From Oscillospiraceae bacterium (GTDB lineage: Bacteria; Bacillota; Clostridia; Oscillospirales; Ruminococcaceae), in assembly GCA_017462785.1 (NCBI GenBank), contig JAFTQJ010000017.1, positions 2,064 to 66,063 on the forward strand: a DNA stretch of 64,000 bases, read 5' to 3'. A model generated the notes under the pieces. The model saw nothing but the letters and a program-made list of their open reading frames with translations, was not told where the DNA came from and did no database searches. Both the position numbers and the translations under genes were made by a program. Below are positions 37,330-46,808 of this stretch, one piece after another. The stretch's first letter is position 1, and the number at the start of each line of letters is the position of its first letter.

Positions 37330-38148
37330 CTACAGAGTCTTGTGGTATACTAAAATTTCAAATGCTGCCTGCGTTGTCAGTGTTTGCAGTGCGGCAAGCC
37401 GTTCCCGTTCCTTGGCACCTGTCCGGTAGGCGTAGGGTGTCATGCTGAAGAGATCGGCGATCTCCTGCGGATCATGGAGCGTGATCTCCCGTGATGCCGT
37501 CAGTTTTTCCGTGAACGTGAAGCCCTCCAGTGCGTAGTCCTTGACCGCATTTTCATACGGGATGTCATAGACTGCTGTTTTCAGCTCCCAGAGGTGTTTT
37601 GCCGCAGGAATGACCATGAGAAAACAGCCGCCCTTTTTCAGGACACGCTGGAATTCCTCGCCGCAGTAGGGTGCGAAAATGCTCATCACCAGATCACAGC
37701 TTTCACTCTGCACGGGCAGGTGGAATACACTCCCGACCGCATAATCCGTGCCCTTATCCGCACGGGCGGCAAGGTCAGCGGCGGTCTTGGAAATATCCAC
37801 ACCGTACACCGCCGCATCCGCAAGGGACTGCCGCACAGCGTTGGTATAATAGCCCTCGCCGCATCCGGCATCGAGCAGGACGCCCTGCTCCGGCAGATAC
37901 TGCTGCACCGCCCTGCACACGGTTTCCATCAGATGTGCATAATAGCCCTTACTGAGGAAATTCCGCCTTGCCCGCACCATTTCCGGATTATCCCCCGGCA
38001 GCTTTGCATTCTGCCGGCTTGAGGGGAGCAGATGCACATAGCCGCTTCTGCTGCGGTCAAAGCAGTGATTTTTCTCACATTTCAGGCTTTTTCCAGCTGG
38101 GTGCAGGGGCATTCCGCAGACCGGACAGCTCCAGATACACTCAGACAT
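37330..38148 (-). CDS. rlmA: 23S rRNA (guanine745-N1)-methyltransferase RlmA
   Basis: It has an N-terminal zinc motif CPVCGMPL...CEKNHCFD...GYVHLLP and the PGDNPEMVRARRNFL block. The SAM motif is LLDAGCGEGYY. This closely parallels E. coli RlmA as I recall it. Confidence 0.85.
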   Translation of the reverse strand: MSECIWSCPVCGMPLHPAGKSLKCEKNHCFDRSRSGYVHLLPSSRQNAKLPGDNPEMVRARRNFLSKGYYAHLMETVCRAVQQYLPEQGVLLDAGCGEGYYTNAVRQSLADAAVYGVDISKTAADLAARADKGTDYAVGSVFHLPVQSESCDLVMSIFAPYCGEEFQRVLKKGGCFLMVIPAAKHLWELKTAVYDIPYENAVKDYALEGFTFTEKLTASREITLHDPQEIADLFSMTPYAYRTGAKERERLAALQTLTTQAAFEILVYHKTL

Positions 38149-38914
38149 ATTTCACCGGCTCTTCCAGAGCACACTCCGTCACTTCCAGATCGGGCAGGAC
38201 TTCCTTCAGCTTCTTGGCAAGGAATGCAACCATCCCGATTTCCGTGTGATAATGACCGCAGTCGATCAGGGAAATGTAGTTGTCCTGTGCTGCATACCAG
38301 CGGTCATGCTTGACATCACCGGTGAGAAGTGCGTCCGCATGCAGCTCATCCGCCAGTTCAAGCAGGGAGGAACCCGAACCGCCGCAGATCGCAAGGGTCT
38401 TGACCTTTTCGCCGTTCACGCCTGCATCGAGGTAGCGGACGGTGTGGCATTTGAGGACTTCTTTTGCAATTTTCGCAATGTCCTCCACGCTCTTCGGCTC
38501 TGCGAGGGTCACGATCCTGCCAAGACCGCCCTCCTCCAGAGGGAATACCTCCTCGGTCAGACCAAGCTTTTCACGCAGCGTTTCCACAAGCAGATCATTG
38601 ATGCCGCCCTCCACCATGTCCAGCGGCGTGTGACAGCAGATGGCTGTCATATTATTGGAAGCGAGCTGATAGACGGGATGCTCCGCCGTCAGCTTCGTCA
38701 GCGGATCAAAAATGACGGGATGATGGGAAACGATCATATCACAGCCCTTTTCCACCGCATGATCCACGACCTTTGCCGAAATATCAAGTGCAACCATCAC
38801 ATGCTTCACTTCCTGCCAGACGGAACCCACCAGCAGTCCGGAATTATCCCATCCCTCCTGCGTTTCAAACAGTGCAATGGCATTGACTGCCGCAAGTACT
38901 TCCTGAACCTTCAT
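38141..38914 (-). CDS. Nif3-like dinuclear metal centre protein (YqfO family)
   Basis: 257 aa with WDNSGLLVG, IVSHHPVIF and GHYHTE motifs. It overlaps trmK by 4 nt and rlmA by 8 nt. Confidence 0.85.
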   Translation of the reverse strand: MKVQEVLAAVNAIALFETQEGWDNSGLLVGSVWQEVKHVMVALDISAKVVDHAVEKGCDMIVSHHPVIFDPLTKLTAEHPVYQLASNNMTAICCHTPLDMVEGGINDLLVETLREKLGLTEEVFPLEEGGLGRIVTLAEPKSVEDIAKIAKEVLKCHTVRYLDAGVNGEKVKTLAICGGSGSSLLELADELHADALLTGDVKHDRWYAAQDNYISLIDCGHYHTEIGMVAFLAKKLKEVLPDLEVTECALEEPVKYV

Positions 38915-39582
38915 CGCTGTATTTCCTCCAATCTCCGTTTTACTTCCTCCGCCGCCCTGTCAAAGGGTGCCGGAGTCTGCCCTGCTGCAATTCGTCCGTC
39001 ACGGGACTTGCAGAGCATTTCATACTGCCGCTGTGCATATGCCATGCATTCCGGCTTTCTCAAATCCATTTTTCCGATCCGCATCAGGGCAAAATCCGGC
39101 TCGGTGCATTCTCCTGTGTACTCTGCACGCATGACCGCATACAGAAAGCGGTCATCCCTCACACAGGTTTCCTCCACGATCGCAAAACCATTCCGGCAGA
39201 GCCACTGCCGCAGAACATCCGCTTTTGTCATCGGCTGCAAAATCAGGCGGAGCTGTGTCAGCGGAAACGGGCAGGTTTCCAGAATGTGCACCATCGTTTC
39301 GCCGCCCATGCCGGCAATGACAATATCCGTCAGTCCCTCCGGCGGTACATGCACCAGACCATCCGAAAGGATCGTCCGGATCTTAGCGGAAAGCCCATGC
39401 TTTTCAATGGTTCTCCGTGCCGCAGCCAGAGGTCCCTCGCCGATGTCCGAAGCGATCACCTGCTCCGAGATGCCGGCTTCGATCAGATGTACTGCAAGCT
39501 GTGCATGATCCGTGCCGACATCGCAGACCGTGCTGCCCTGTCCGACATATGCCGCACATGCCTGTAATCTTGGATTCAGCAT
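38911..39582 (-). CDS. trmK: tRNA (adenine22-N1)-methyltransferase TrmK
   Basis: 223 aa with RLQACAAYV..VCDVGTDHAQLAVHL and IASDIGEGPL. It is paired with nif3 as in the B. subtilis yqfN-yqfO arrangement. Confidence 0.8.
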   Translation of the reverse strand: MLNPRLQACAAYVGQGSTVCDVGTDHAQLAVHLIEAGISEQVIASDIGEGPLAAARRTIEKHGLSAKIRTILSDGLVHVPPEGLTDIVIAGMGGETMVHILETCPFPLTQLRLILQPMTKADVLRQWLCRNGFAIVEETCVRDDRFLYAVMRAEYTGECTEPDFALMRIGKMDLRKPECMAYAQRQYEMLCKSRDGRIAAGQTPAPFDRAAEEVKRRLEEIQR

Positions 39583-39593
39583 AATTTCTCCTT

Positions 39594-39629
39594 AAAATCA
39601 ATCAGGGGCTGCGGCATTGCCGCAGTCCC
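39594..39629 (-). terminator. intrinsic terminator after the DUF1858 gene
   Basis: Minus strand reads GGGACTGCGGC-aat-GCCGCAGCCCC followed by TGATTGATTTT. Confidence 0.6.
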
Positions 39630-39649
39630 GAATCTGCAATATGACGTTC

Positions 39650-39856
39650 TTACTTCTCTGCGAAATGTGCCTGAAGCTTTGCTACCAGCTCATCTGCATC
39701 TACGCCGTGTACAGCACATGCCTGTGCTACGGATTCACCTCTTGCAGACGGACAGCCAAGACAGTGCATGCCCATTTCCAGAAAATACGGTGCTACGTTG
39801 AAATCAGCATCGAGAATATCGCCGATCACAGTATCCTTTGTTACTTCAAAAGCCAT
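39650..39856 (-). CDS. DUF1858 / hybrid-cluster-protein-associated redox disulfide domain protein
   Basis: 68 aa. The pattern is TVIGDILDADFNVAPYFLEMGMHCLGCPSARGESVAQACAVHGVDADELVAKL, with a CxxC in a small helical domain. Confidence 0.7.
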   Translation of the reverse strand: MAFEVTKDTVIGDILDADFNVAPYFLEMGMHCLGCPSARGESVAQACAVHGVDADELVAKLQAHFAEK

Positions 39857-39923
39857 AATGAACCTCCATATTCAATCTGATACAGAAAGCACAGCGTTGG
39901 CTGTGCTTTTCTGTTATGCAATT

Positions 39924-40199
39924 TTATTCCTCACGCATCTTTGCGAAGCACTCGCTGCAGTATACAGCACGGCCCTCGCTCGGCTGGAACGGCACTCTTG
40001 CCTCACCGCCGCAGCTTGCACATGTTGCAGTGAACATCTCTCTTGCAGCCTTCGGTGCACCCTTTCTTGCACTGCGGCAGCTCTTGCATCTCTGCGGCTC
40101 ATGCTCAAAGCCCTTTTCTGCATAGAATTCCTGTTCGCCAGCAGAGAATACAAATTCAGCTCCGCATTCCTTGCAAGTCAATGTCTTGTCTTCGTACAT
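39924..40199 (-). CDS. zinc-ribbon protein (CxxC-x17-CxxC type)
   Basis: 91 aa with CKECG...CKSC followed by CASCG...VPFQPSEGRAVYCSECF. This is the typical duplicated CxxC zinc-ribbon family. Confidence 0.65.
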   Translation of the reverse strand: MYEDKTLTCKECGAEFVFSAGEQEFYAEKGFEHEPQRCKSCRSARKGAPKAAREMFTATCASCGGEARVPFQPSEGRAVYCSECFAKMREE

Positions 40200-40332
40200 G
40201 ATTGTTTACCTCACTTCAAGTTAATTGTTTTGGACTACGGACGGGGTAAAACCGACACCTTTGATGAATCAACGCTCTCGTTAAGCTACAAGCCCTTTTA
40301 TATCGCACCCGCCGTCCGGCAGGGGTCGAACT

Positions 40333-40926
40333 TTATTCAAAGTACTCCGTACTTTTCACTGCCCGCATCTTCCGCCGTACACGCTGCATGGCGTTATCCA
40401 CGGATTTTGCCGTGATCCCGAGCATTTCCGCCGTCTGTGCATAGCTTGCACCCGACATGATGCATTGCAGGATCTCCCACTCCTTCGCAGAAAGCAGAGC
40501 CATGACCTGCATCCGGCAGCGGGCATAATTTTCTTTTTCCACAAGGATACTTTCCGGTGTTTCCGGATCGGCGATCACCGCCTGTTCTTCCATCAGCTGT
40601 GTGATGTCGGCAACCGGTGCTTCGTAATTTCCGACTTTCTTCACAAGCGTCCGCATTCTGTTGACGATGCAGACCTGTGCATATGCGGAAAATTTCGTGC
40701 CTTCCTCCGGACGGAATTTTGAGATCACATGCAGGAGCGTGATCAGCCCCTCCTGTGCAAGGTCATCTGCATCGGTTTCCGATGCGGCATAATGTCCGGC
40801 ATAATAACGGACAAGCTTCAGATACCTTTTCAGAAGCAATGCCTCCGCATCCACTGAATCCTTTGCAAGCACTGCAAGCTCTTCATCGGATGCAGCATTC
40901 AGACTTTCCTCGGATAATTCGAGCAT
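40333..40926 (-). CDS. sigma-70 family RNA polymerase sigma factor, SigH-like
   Basis: 197 aa. Region 2 (DADDLAQEGLITLLHVISKFRPEEGTKFSAYAQVCIVNRM) parallels B. subtilis SigH as I recall it. Region 4 (LSAKEWEILQCIMSGASYAQTAEMLGITAKSVDNAMQRVRRKM) does likewise (KSIDNALQRVKRKL). Confidence 0.65.
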   Translation of the reverse strand: MLELSEESLNAASDEELAVLAKDSVDAEALLLKRYLKLVRYYAGHYAASETDADDLAQEGLITLLHVISKFRPEEGTKFSAYAQVCIVNRMRTLVKKVGNYEAPVADITQLMEEQAVIADPETPESILVEKENYARCRMQVMALLSAKEWEILQCIMSGASYAQTAEMLGITAKSVDNAMQRVRRKMRAVKSTEYFE

Positions 40927-40964
40927 TCTGCCCTCCGTATCATTGTTGGAATTCCACAGCCGGT

Positions 40965-41540
40965 TTATTCCGCTGCGTATGTGTTTCTGCCTTCGGAAAA
41001 GAGGTCGCCGCCCTGTGCGTCATTGCACACAACCAGCGGAAAATCCTCGATATAGAGCCGTTTTACGGACTCACAGCCGAGATCCTCAAAAGCGATCACC
41101 TGCATCTCCTTGATGCATCTTGCCGCCAGTGCACCGGCACCGCCGACCGCACAGAGATAGACAGCCTGATTTCTTGCGACCGCTTCCTGCACCGCCTTGG
41201 AACGCTCGCCCTTGCCGATCATTGCAGCAAGACCGAGATCCAGAAGTCTGGGAGCATAGGGATCCATTCTGCCCGAAGTCGTCGGTCCGCAGGAGCCGAT
41301 CGGCTTTCCGGGGGGAGCCGGCGTGGGACCTGCATAGTAGATCACGGCACCCTCCAGCGGGAACGGAAGCTCTCCGCCCTCATCAAGCAGTGCGGCGATC
41401 CGCTTATGTGCGGCATCCCTTGCCGTATAGACATATCCGGACAGCAGGATCTTATCACCGATCCGCAGTTCTTTTGCACATTCTTTCAGATCCTGTGCAC
41501 AGATCCGCCGAATTTCCGGCACATTTACCACCTCGGTCAA
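40965..41540 (-). CDS. class I fumarate hydratase / Fe-S hydro-lyase beta (C-terminal) subunit
   Basis: 191 aa with GDKILLSGYVYTARDAAHKRI, GPTTSGRMD and MIGKGERS motifs. The track start is a TTG directly abutting the upstream stop. An alternative GTG lies at 41522 after GAGGTG. Confidence 0.75.
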   Translation of the reverse strand: MTEVVNVPEIRRICAQDLKECAKELRIGDKILLSGYVYTARDAAHKRIAALLDEGGELPFPLEGAVIYYAGPTPAPPGKPIGSCGPTTSGRMDPYAPRLLDLGLAAMIGKGERSKAVQEAVARNQAVYLCAVGGAGALAARCIKEMQVIAFEDLGCESVKRLYIEDFPLVVCNDAQGGDLFSEGRNTYAAE

Positions 41541-43061
41541 TTACTCGCTTACAGATGCCTCTGCATCCTTGATCAGTTCGCTCATATCAAATGAGAAATT
41601 CTTCTTGCCGCCGTTCTTCGGAGCTGCCGGCTTTTCTTCAGCAGGCTTTTCCTTCTTGCCCTTGGTTTCAAACATTGCAGCAACGTCCTCATCGTCAGTC
41701 TGTGTCATTGCCTCAAACATCGAAACAGCGTCTTCTTCCACTGCCTTTGCTTCAGGCTCAGCTGCGGGTGCCTCTTCAGCCGGCATCTCCGCATTCATGA
41801 TGTTCTCTTCTGCATCCGCTGCGGACTTTGTGGTTTCATCCACGCTCTCACGGGCATCTGCGATCACCGCACCTGCCTCGCTGATCTTCTCATCAACAGC
41901 CTTTGCAGCCTTTGCCATCATCTCGCCAGCCTCACGGAAGCTCTTCTCAATGCCGTCGATCTCGATCGTCAGCATGGATCTGATGGTTGCAGTGAGCTGC
42001 TTTACACGCTCCTGCTGCTCGATCGCATCCTTCTTGATCTGTGCAGCCTCAGCTTCTGCCTTCTCTGTTGCAGTACCCAGAATACGGTCAGCCTCTGCGT
42101 TTGCAGATGCCGCACGCTCTGTTGCATCATTCACGATACGCTCTGCCTCAGCATTTGCCTCAGAAACTGTGGTTTCTGCCTGAGCATCGGCATCGGAAAT
42201 TCTCTTCTCTGCATATGCATCCGCATCTGCAATGGTCTTGTCTGCCTGCTCATTTGCAGCAGCAATCTTCTTGTCAGCCTCTTCCTTTGCAGCAGCTTCG
42301 AGCTGGAGAGCACTCTGCTGTGCCTGTGCGAAGATGGCACTCATATCAAAGCTCGGTGCAAAGCCGGTGGACTGAGAGGCCTTCTTCTCGAGTTCAGCAG
42401 CCTTTTCATTGAGCTTGGCAATTTCTGCATCCTTTTCGGAGAGCTTTGCAGCAGCTTCTTCTTCTGCCTTCTTGGCATCAGCCTTTGCAGCTTCGAGCTG
42501 TTCATTCAGCTTATCCATCTCAGCAGAAAGCTCCTCGGAAACATTGGCATTGGACTTGAGTGCAGCATTTTCGGACTTGAGTGTGCTCACCTTATTCTCC
42601 AGATCACCGATCTCACTCTTGAGTGCAACGATCTCCTGCTGGTACTCACGCACCTTGCCCTCATCCACACTGTTCTTAGCCTGTGCGATCGCCTGCTTCA
42701 TCTTCTGCTCATCGGCAGCTCTCGCCTTCTTTTCAGCAGTCAGTGCATTTGCAAGCTGGCTTGCCTTTTCCTTATAGGACGCACCCTCAGCTGCCTGCTT
42801 TTCATAAGTTGCAGCCTTCTTTTCAGCCTCGGCAGCACGCTTTTCGGCCTCAGCAGCCTTCTTGCTTGCAGCCTCCGCATCACGCTTGTAGGACTGTACC
42901 AGCTCGGATGATGCCGGATCAATCTCCTCGTCACGCTTCTTCAGCTCTGTTTCCAGATCATAGATTCTGGAATGAACCTCGTCCAGATAAGCCATAACGG
43001 ATTCTTTTTCAAGACCGCCGGGACGCATAGTCGTTTTCAGTACACCAGATGGGATTTCCAT
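41541..43061 (-). CDS. Ala/Glu/Lys-rich coiled-coil protein with a DivIVA-like N-terminal motif
   Basis: 506 aa, with AAAGGAG 9 nt upstream of the ATG. The N-terminal RPGGLEKESVMAYLDEVHSRIYDLE resembles the DivIVA RGY..EV..FLD.V motif. The remainder is low-complexity heptad-like sequence (AAEAEKRAAEAEKKAATYEKQAAE...). It is the first gene downstream of ftsZ. Confidence 0.6.
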   Translation of the reverse strand: MEIPSGVLKTTMRPGGLEKESVMAYLDEVHSRIYDLETELKKRDEEIDPASSELVQSYKRDAEAASKKAAEAEKRAAEAEKKAATYEKQAAEGASYKEKASQLANALTAEKKARAADEQKMKQAIAQAKNSVDEGKVREYQQEIVALKSEIGDLENKVSTLKSENAALKSNANVSEELSAEMDKLNEQLEAAKADAKKAEEEAAAKLSEKDAEIAKLNEKAAELEKKASQSTGFAPSFDMSAIFAQAQQSALQLEAAAKEEADKKIAAANEQADKTIADADAYAEKRISDADAQAETTVSEANAEAERIVNDATERAASANAEADRILGTATEKAEAEAAQIKKDAIEQQERVKQLTATIRSMLTIEIDGIEKSFREAGEMMAKAAKAVDEKISEAGAVIADARESVDETTKSAADAEENIMNAEMPAEEAPAAEPEAKAVEEDAVSMFEAMTQTDDEDVAAMFETKGKKEKPAEEKPAAPKNGGKKNFSFDMSELIKDAEASVSE

Positions 43062-43134
43062 TGTTCAAGCTCTCCTTTGCACACAGGGGCAGCAAGCATG
43101 GGGTAACGCCGTCCCTGTTTTCAGTATTGATTTA

Positions 43135-43163
43135 ATTATACCATATTTTTTTCCATCTTGCAA
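43135..43163 (-). promoter_or_regulatory. sigma-70 promoter for the coiled-coil protein gene
   Basis: Minus strand reads TTGCAA, a 17-nt spacer ending in TGG, then TATAAT (extended -10). Confidence 0.65.
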
Positions 43164-43301
43164 TAGATTTTATGTACAATTCATCCTATGTTTTTCGTGC
43201 ATTCTGACCAAAAAAATCAACGGAAACAAAAAATTCCGGCAAATGCAATCGGACAAAAACAAACAAACCGAATGCATCAGCCGGAATATTCATTTCAAAT
43301 C

Positions 43302-44414
43302 TTACTTACCGCCGAGGATCTCGAAAATATCATCCAGATCATCCATATTCATGGACGGCTTCTGTGCCGGACGGTCGAAATGCAGATCGTCAAGCATCGG
43401 ATTGTCGATCGGAATCACATTTTCCTCTTCCTTCGGAGCTTCCGCAGACTTCACATCATCCTCAAAATCTGCTGCGATCACAGTGATGGTCATTTCATCC
43501 TGCATATCTTCCTTGAATGCAGCACCAAAGATGAACTGTACGTCCGGAGCCGCAGCCTCGGTGATCATCTTGGAAGCAGTATCTACATCGGAAGCGAGTG
43601 TGTCCTCGGACATTGCGATGTTGATGAGGAGTCGTCTTGCACCTGCGATAGAAGTTTCCAGCAGCGGGCTGCTGATGACTGCCTTTGCAGCCTCGGTAGC
43701 CTTGTCCTTGCCGGCACCATGACCGATTGCCATGTGTGCGTAGCCTGCACCCTTCATTGTAGTGGAAACGTCAGCAAAGTCGAGGTTGATATAGCCTTCT
43801 TCTACGATCAGATCTGCAATGCTCTTGACACCGGTCTTGAGGATATCATCGGACAGTGCGAAAGATTCCTTCATGGTCAGGGGCTTTTCCAGACCAACAA
43901 GCAGTCTTTCGTTCGGGATGACGATCAGAGAGTCAACATACTTCTTCAGCTCTGCGATGCCGTTCTCAGCCTGAGCCATTTTCTGCTCACGCTCAAATGC
44001 GAAAGGCTTTGTCACAACAGCAACAGTCAGGATGCCCATTTCCTGTGCAGCCTTTGCTACGACAGGAGCCGCACCTGTACCGGTACCGCCGCCCATACCA
44101 GCGGTGATGAATACCATATCCGCACCCTTGAGAGCTGTTCCGATCTCTTCGATATTCTCCTCTGCACTGTGCTTGCCGACCTCCGGCTTATTACCAGCAC
44201 CTCTGCCCTTTGTCAGCTTCGCACCGATCTGGATGCGGGTTGCTGCCTTGGAATTGTTCAGTGCCTTTGCGTCTGTATTAATTGTTACATACTCAATATC
44301 ACTTACACCGGAATCAACCATACAATTAAGTGCATTGCCGCCGCCGCCGCCGACACCGATTACCTTAATATTAACCTCCGGGTCAAATGCTTCTTCATAG
44401 ATGAAGTCCGTCAT
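43302..44414 (-). CDS. ftsZ: cell division protein FtsZ
   Basis: 370 aa with the tubulin signature GGGTGTGAAPVVA and the N-terminal IKVIGVGGGGGNALN. The conserved C-terminal peptide is DDLDDIFEILGGK. Confidence 0.95.
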   Translation of the reverse strand: MTDFIYEEAFDPEVNIKVIGVGGGGGNALNCMVDSGVSDIEYVTINTDAKALNNSKAATRIQIGAKLTKGRGAGNKPEVGKHSAEENIEEIGTALKGADMVFITAGMGGGTGTGAAPVVAKAAQEMGILTVAVVTKPFAFEREQKMAQAENGIAELKKYVDSLIVIPNERLLVGLEKPLTMKESFALSDDILKTGVKSIADLIVEEGYINLDFADVSTTMKGAGYAHMAIGHGAGKDKATEAAKAVISSPLLETSIAGARRLLINIAMSEDTLASDVDTASKMITEAAAPDVQFIFGAAFKEDMQDEMTITVIAADFEDDVKSAEAPKEEENVIPIDNPMLDDLHFDRPAQKPSMNMDDLDDIFEILGGK

Positions 44415-44488
44415 TATAGTTCCTCCTACCTGCTTTTATTTCCATGTAAAAACACTAAATATCTCACCAGATACCAATACACAGTATT

Positions 44489-44517
44489 ATTTTATCACAT
44501 TCCGGTGGATTTTGCAA
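44489..44517 (-). promoter_or_regulatory. sigma-70 promoter immediately upstream of ftsZ
   Basis: Minus strand reads TTGCAA, a 17-nt spacer ending in TGA, then TAAAAT. It lies in a 192-nt AT-rich spacer between ftsQ and ftsZ. Confidence 0.6.
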
Positions 44518-44606
44518 TACTTTTTTGACAAATTTTCTTTTTTTCCTAATCACACAACTTACAGTTCATATTTTGATGCATTTTTAACAAAAATGCACAT
44601 GAACAT

Positions 44607-45482
44607 TTATTCGTTTTGCGATGTTCCGGTCACGGGATTGCCGGATTCATCAGTCATTCCTTCGGTCGCTTCTTCTGCCGCCTGCTTTCCAGCTTCGACA
44701 TCCGCCTTATTGCGGAAAGAACACTGATTCGTGCCGATCATTGTCAGGTAGCCTTCCTTATCCGCCGGCTGCTTGCTGATGATATGCTGTGCAAAATTGA
44801 TCTTGTATTCGATCTCATCCCAGTTGCCCATATCGAATTCGATGCGGTGATCGAAATTGACGAGGATGTTGTGCACCTCCGTCATATCCACGGAAACGAT
44901 CGGTGCTTCCAGCCCGCCTGCATCAATGATGTCCATGAAAGCATGCAGGATCTTGTCATCACGTTCACGCTCGGAAACGATCCATTTTCCGGCGGTCGGT
45001 TCAAAGGGAGTGTAGCCCTTGATCGTGATCAGCCCATCCTGCGGATCCATGCCGTCCTCCAGGATCTTCCCGTACCGGCTGACGATGAGCGTGCCGAAGC
45101 CGTATACAATATTATAGGTCGGCTCGCATTTCTTCACGTCGATCACAAGCGTATCCGGAAACTGGCGTGTGATGGAGATCTCCTCCACATAGATCAGGCT
45201 GTCAAGTGCCCTCTGCTCTGCCGCTTCAAGGTCCACACGCACCATATTATCTCCGGCGGCGATCCCCGTTGCGGCGGCGATCTCCTCAGCTGAATACATT
45301 TTCGCATCGCCGGTCACCTGTATCTGCTGGATATTGAACATCACTGTCATGGAAAGCGTGATGATGACACCGACCGCCAGTATGATGACCACAAGGGCAT
45401 ACATCGCAAAGCCCCGCCGCCTTCGCCGGATCCTGCGGTAATTCGTTTCATGTGACATGCTGGTTTTTTCTACATCTCTCAT
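44607..45482 (-). CDS. ftsQ: cell division protein FtsQ/DivIB (POTRA domain)
   Basis: 291 aa with a basic N-terminus and a transmembrane helix. A POTRA-like segment follows (IQQIQVTGDAKMYSAEEIAAATGIAAGDNMVRVDL...ISITRQFPDTLVIDVKK). Its position in the dcw cluster supports the call. Confidence 0.75.
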   Translation of the reverse strand: MRDVEKTSMSHETNYRRIRRRRRGFAMYALVVIILAVGVIITLSMTVMFNIQQIQVTGDAKMYSAEEIAAATGIAAGDNMVRVDLEAAEQRALDSLIYVEEISITRQFPDTLVIDVKKCEPTYNIVYGFGTLIVSRYGKILEDGMDPQDGLITIKGYTPFEPTAGKWIVSERERDDKILHAFMDIIDAGGLEAPIVSVDMTEVHNILVNFDHRIEFDMGNWDEIEYKINFAQHIISKQPADKEGYLTMIGTNQCSFRNKADVEAGKQAAEEATEGMTDESGNPVTGTSQNE

Positions 45483-45496
45483 ACATGTTCCCTCTT

Positions 45497-46759
45497 TTAT
45501 ACTCTGATGATTTCCGCACCGACGCTTCGCAGCACCTGCTCAGGGCTGTCATATCCCCTGTCGATGTGGTGGATTTCTGTAATGATCGTTTCACCCGCTG
45601 CACAGAGTCCTGCAATCAGCATTGCCGCACCGCCCCGAAGATCGGTCGCCTCCACTGCTGCACCATGCAGACTGCGGACACCGTTGATGACCGCCACTCT
45701 TCCGGCTGTGCGGATGTCCGCACCCATTTTCACAAGGGCATCGACATGACGGAAACGGTTTTCAAAAATAGTTTCCTCTATGACCGTCGTACCGGCAGCA
45801 CAGCAGAGTGCCGCCATCAGGATCGCCTGTGCATCCGTCGGGAAGCCCGGATAGGGCATGGTTTTCAGGGTTCTGACTGCCCGCAGGGGTGCTGCTGCAT
45901 GAAAGCAGATGCTGTCAGCTGAAGCACTCATCCGGCAGTTCATTTCCTCAAAAACCGCAAGGATGCTTTCCAGATCCGAGGCACTCACACAGCGGAGGGA
46001 CAGCTCACCGCCTGCCGCCGCAGCCGCTGCAAGCCACGTTGCAGCAACGATGCGGTCGGGCATGATGCGGTATGTACAGCCATGCAGCTGTTTCACACCA
46101 CGGATCACGATGGTACCCGTTCCCTCACCAGCAATCTGTGCACCGCAGGCACGGAGGAATCTTGCCAGATCAATGATCTCCGGCTCCCGTGCGGCGTTGC
46201 TGATCGTGGTTTCTCCCTTGGCAGTAACTGCGGCAAGGAGAATATTTTCAGTCGCTCCGACGGACGGAAACTGCAAATGGATCCTTGCACCGTGCAGACC
46301 ATTGGGGGTCGTGCAGTGAAGGATGCCGTTTTCCTCGTGGATCTTCACGCCCATCCGCCGCAGTGCCTGCAAGTGCAGGTTGATCGGACGGGGTCCAAGC
46401 TCACAGCCGCCGGGGTAGCCCAGTGTACAGGTGCCCATTCTGCCGAGCACTGCACCAAGAAAAATGATGGATGACCGCATTTCGCACATGAACTGCTCGG
46501 GGATCTCCGAGGAATCCATTCCATGTGCATCGACCGTCACCGTATGCTCCTGCATGCGGCACCGGCAGCCGAGGTTCGTCAGGATCCTGCATGCGGCATA
46601 GACATCGGACAGACGGGGGCAATTCTCCAGCCAGATCTCACCATCACAGAGCAGCGATGCCGCCGCAATGGGCAACGCACTGTTTTTTGCTCCCTGAACG
46701 ATGATCTCTCCCTCCAGATGCCTGCCGCCCTGAATCACTAATTTCTGCATATACGCCAC
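45497..46759 (-). CDS. murA: UDP-N-acetylglucosamine 1-carboxyvinyltransferase
   Basis: 420 aa with GAKNSALPI and the active-site loop [17 protein letters not shown] (Cys present). Confidence 0.9.
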   Translation of the reverse strand: MAYMQKLVIQGGRHLEGEIIVQGAKNSALPIAAASLLCDGEIWLENCPRLSDVYAACRILTNLGCRCRMQEHTVTVDAHGMDSSEIPEQFMCEMRSSIIFLGAVLGRMGTCTLGYPGGCELGPRPINLHLQALRRMGVKIHEENGILHCTTPNGLHGARIHLQFPSVGATENILLAAVTAKGETTISNAAREPEIIDLARFLRACGAQIAGEGTGTIVIRGVKQLHGCTYRIMPDRIVAATWLAAAAAAGGELSLRCVSASDLESILAVFEEMNCRMSASADSICFHAAAPLRAVRTLKTMPYPGFPTDAQAILMAALCCAAGTTVIEETIFENRFRHVDALVKMGADIRTAGRVAVINGVRSLHGAAVEATDLRGGAAMLIAGLCAAGETIITEIHHIDRGYDSPEQVLRSVGAEIIRV

Positions 46760-46808
46760 TCCTTTCTCTCTTCATTCTATGACGGAAAGGAGATTGGGTG
46801 CGGTGAAA

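Noticed and set aside
40200-40332. 133-nt spacer between the sigma factor gene and the zinc-ribbon gene, examined as a possible small RNA or riboswitch.
   Set aside because: It has only weak, imperfect hairpins and no motif I can assign. There is not enough evidence to call a feature.
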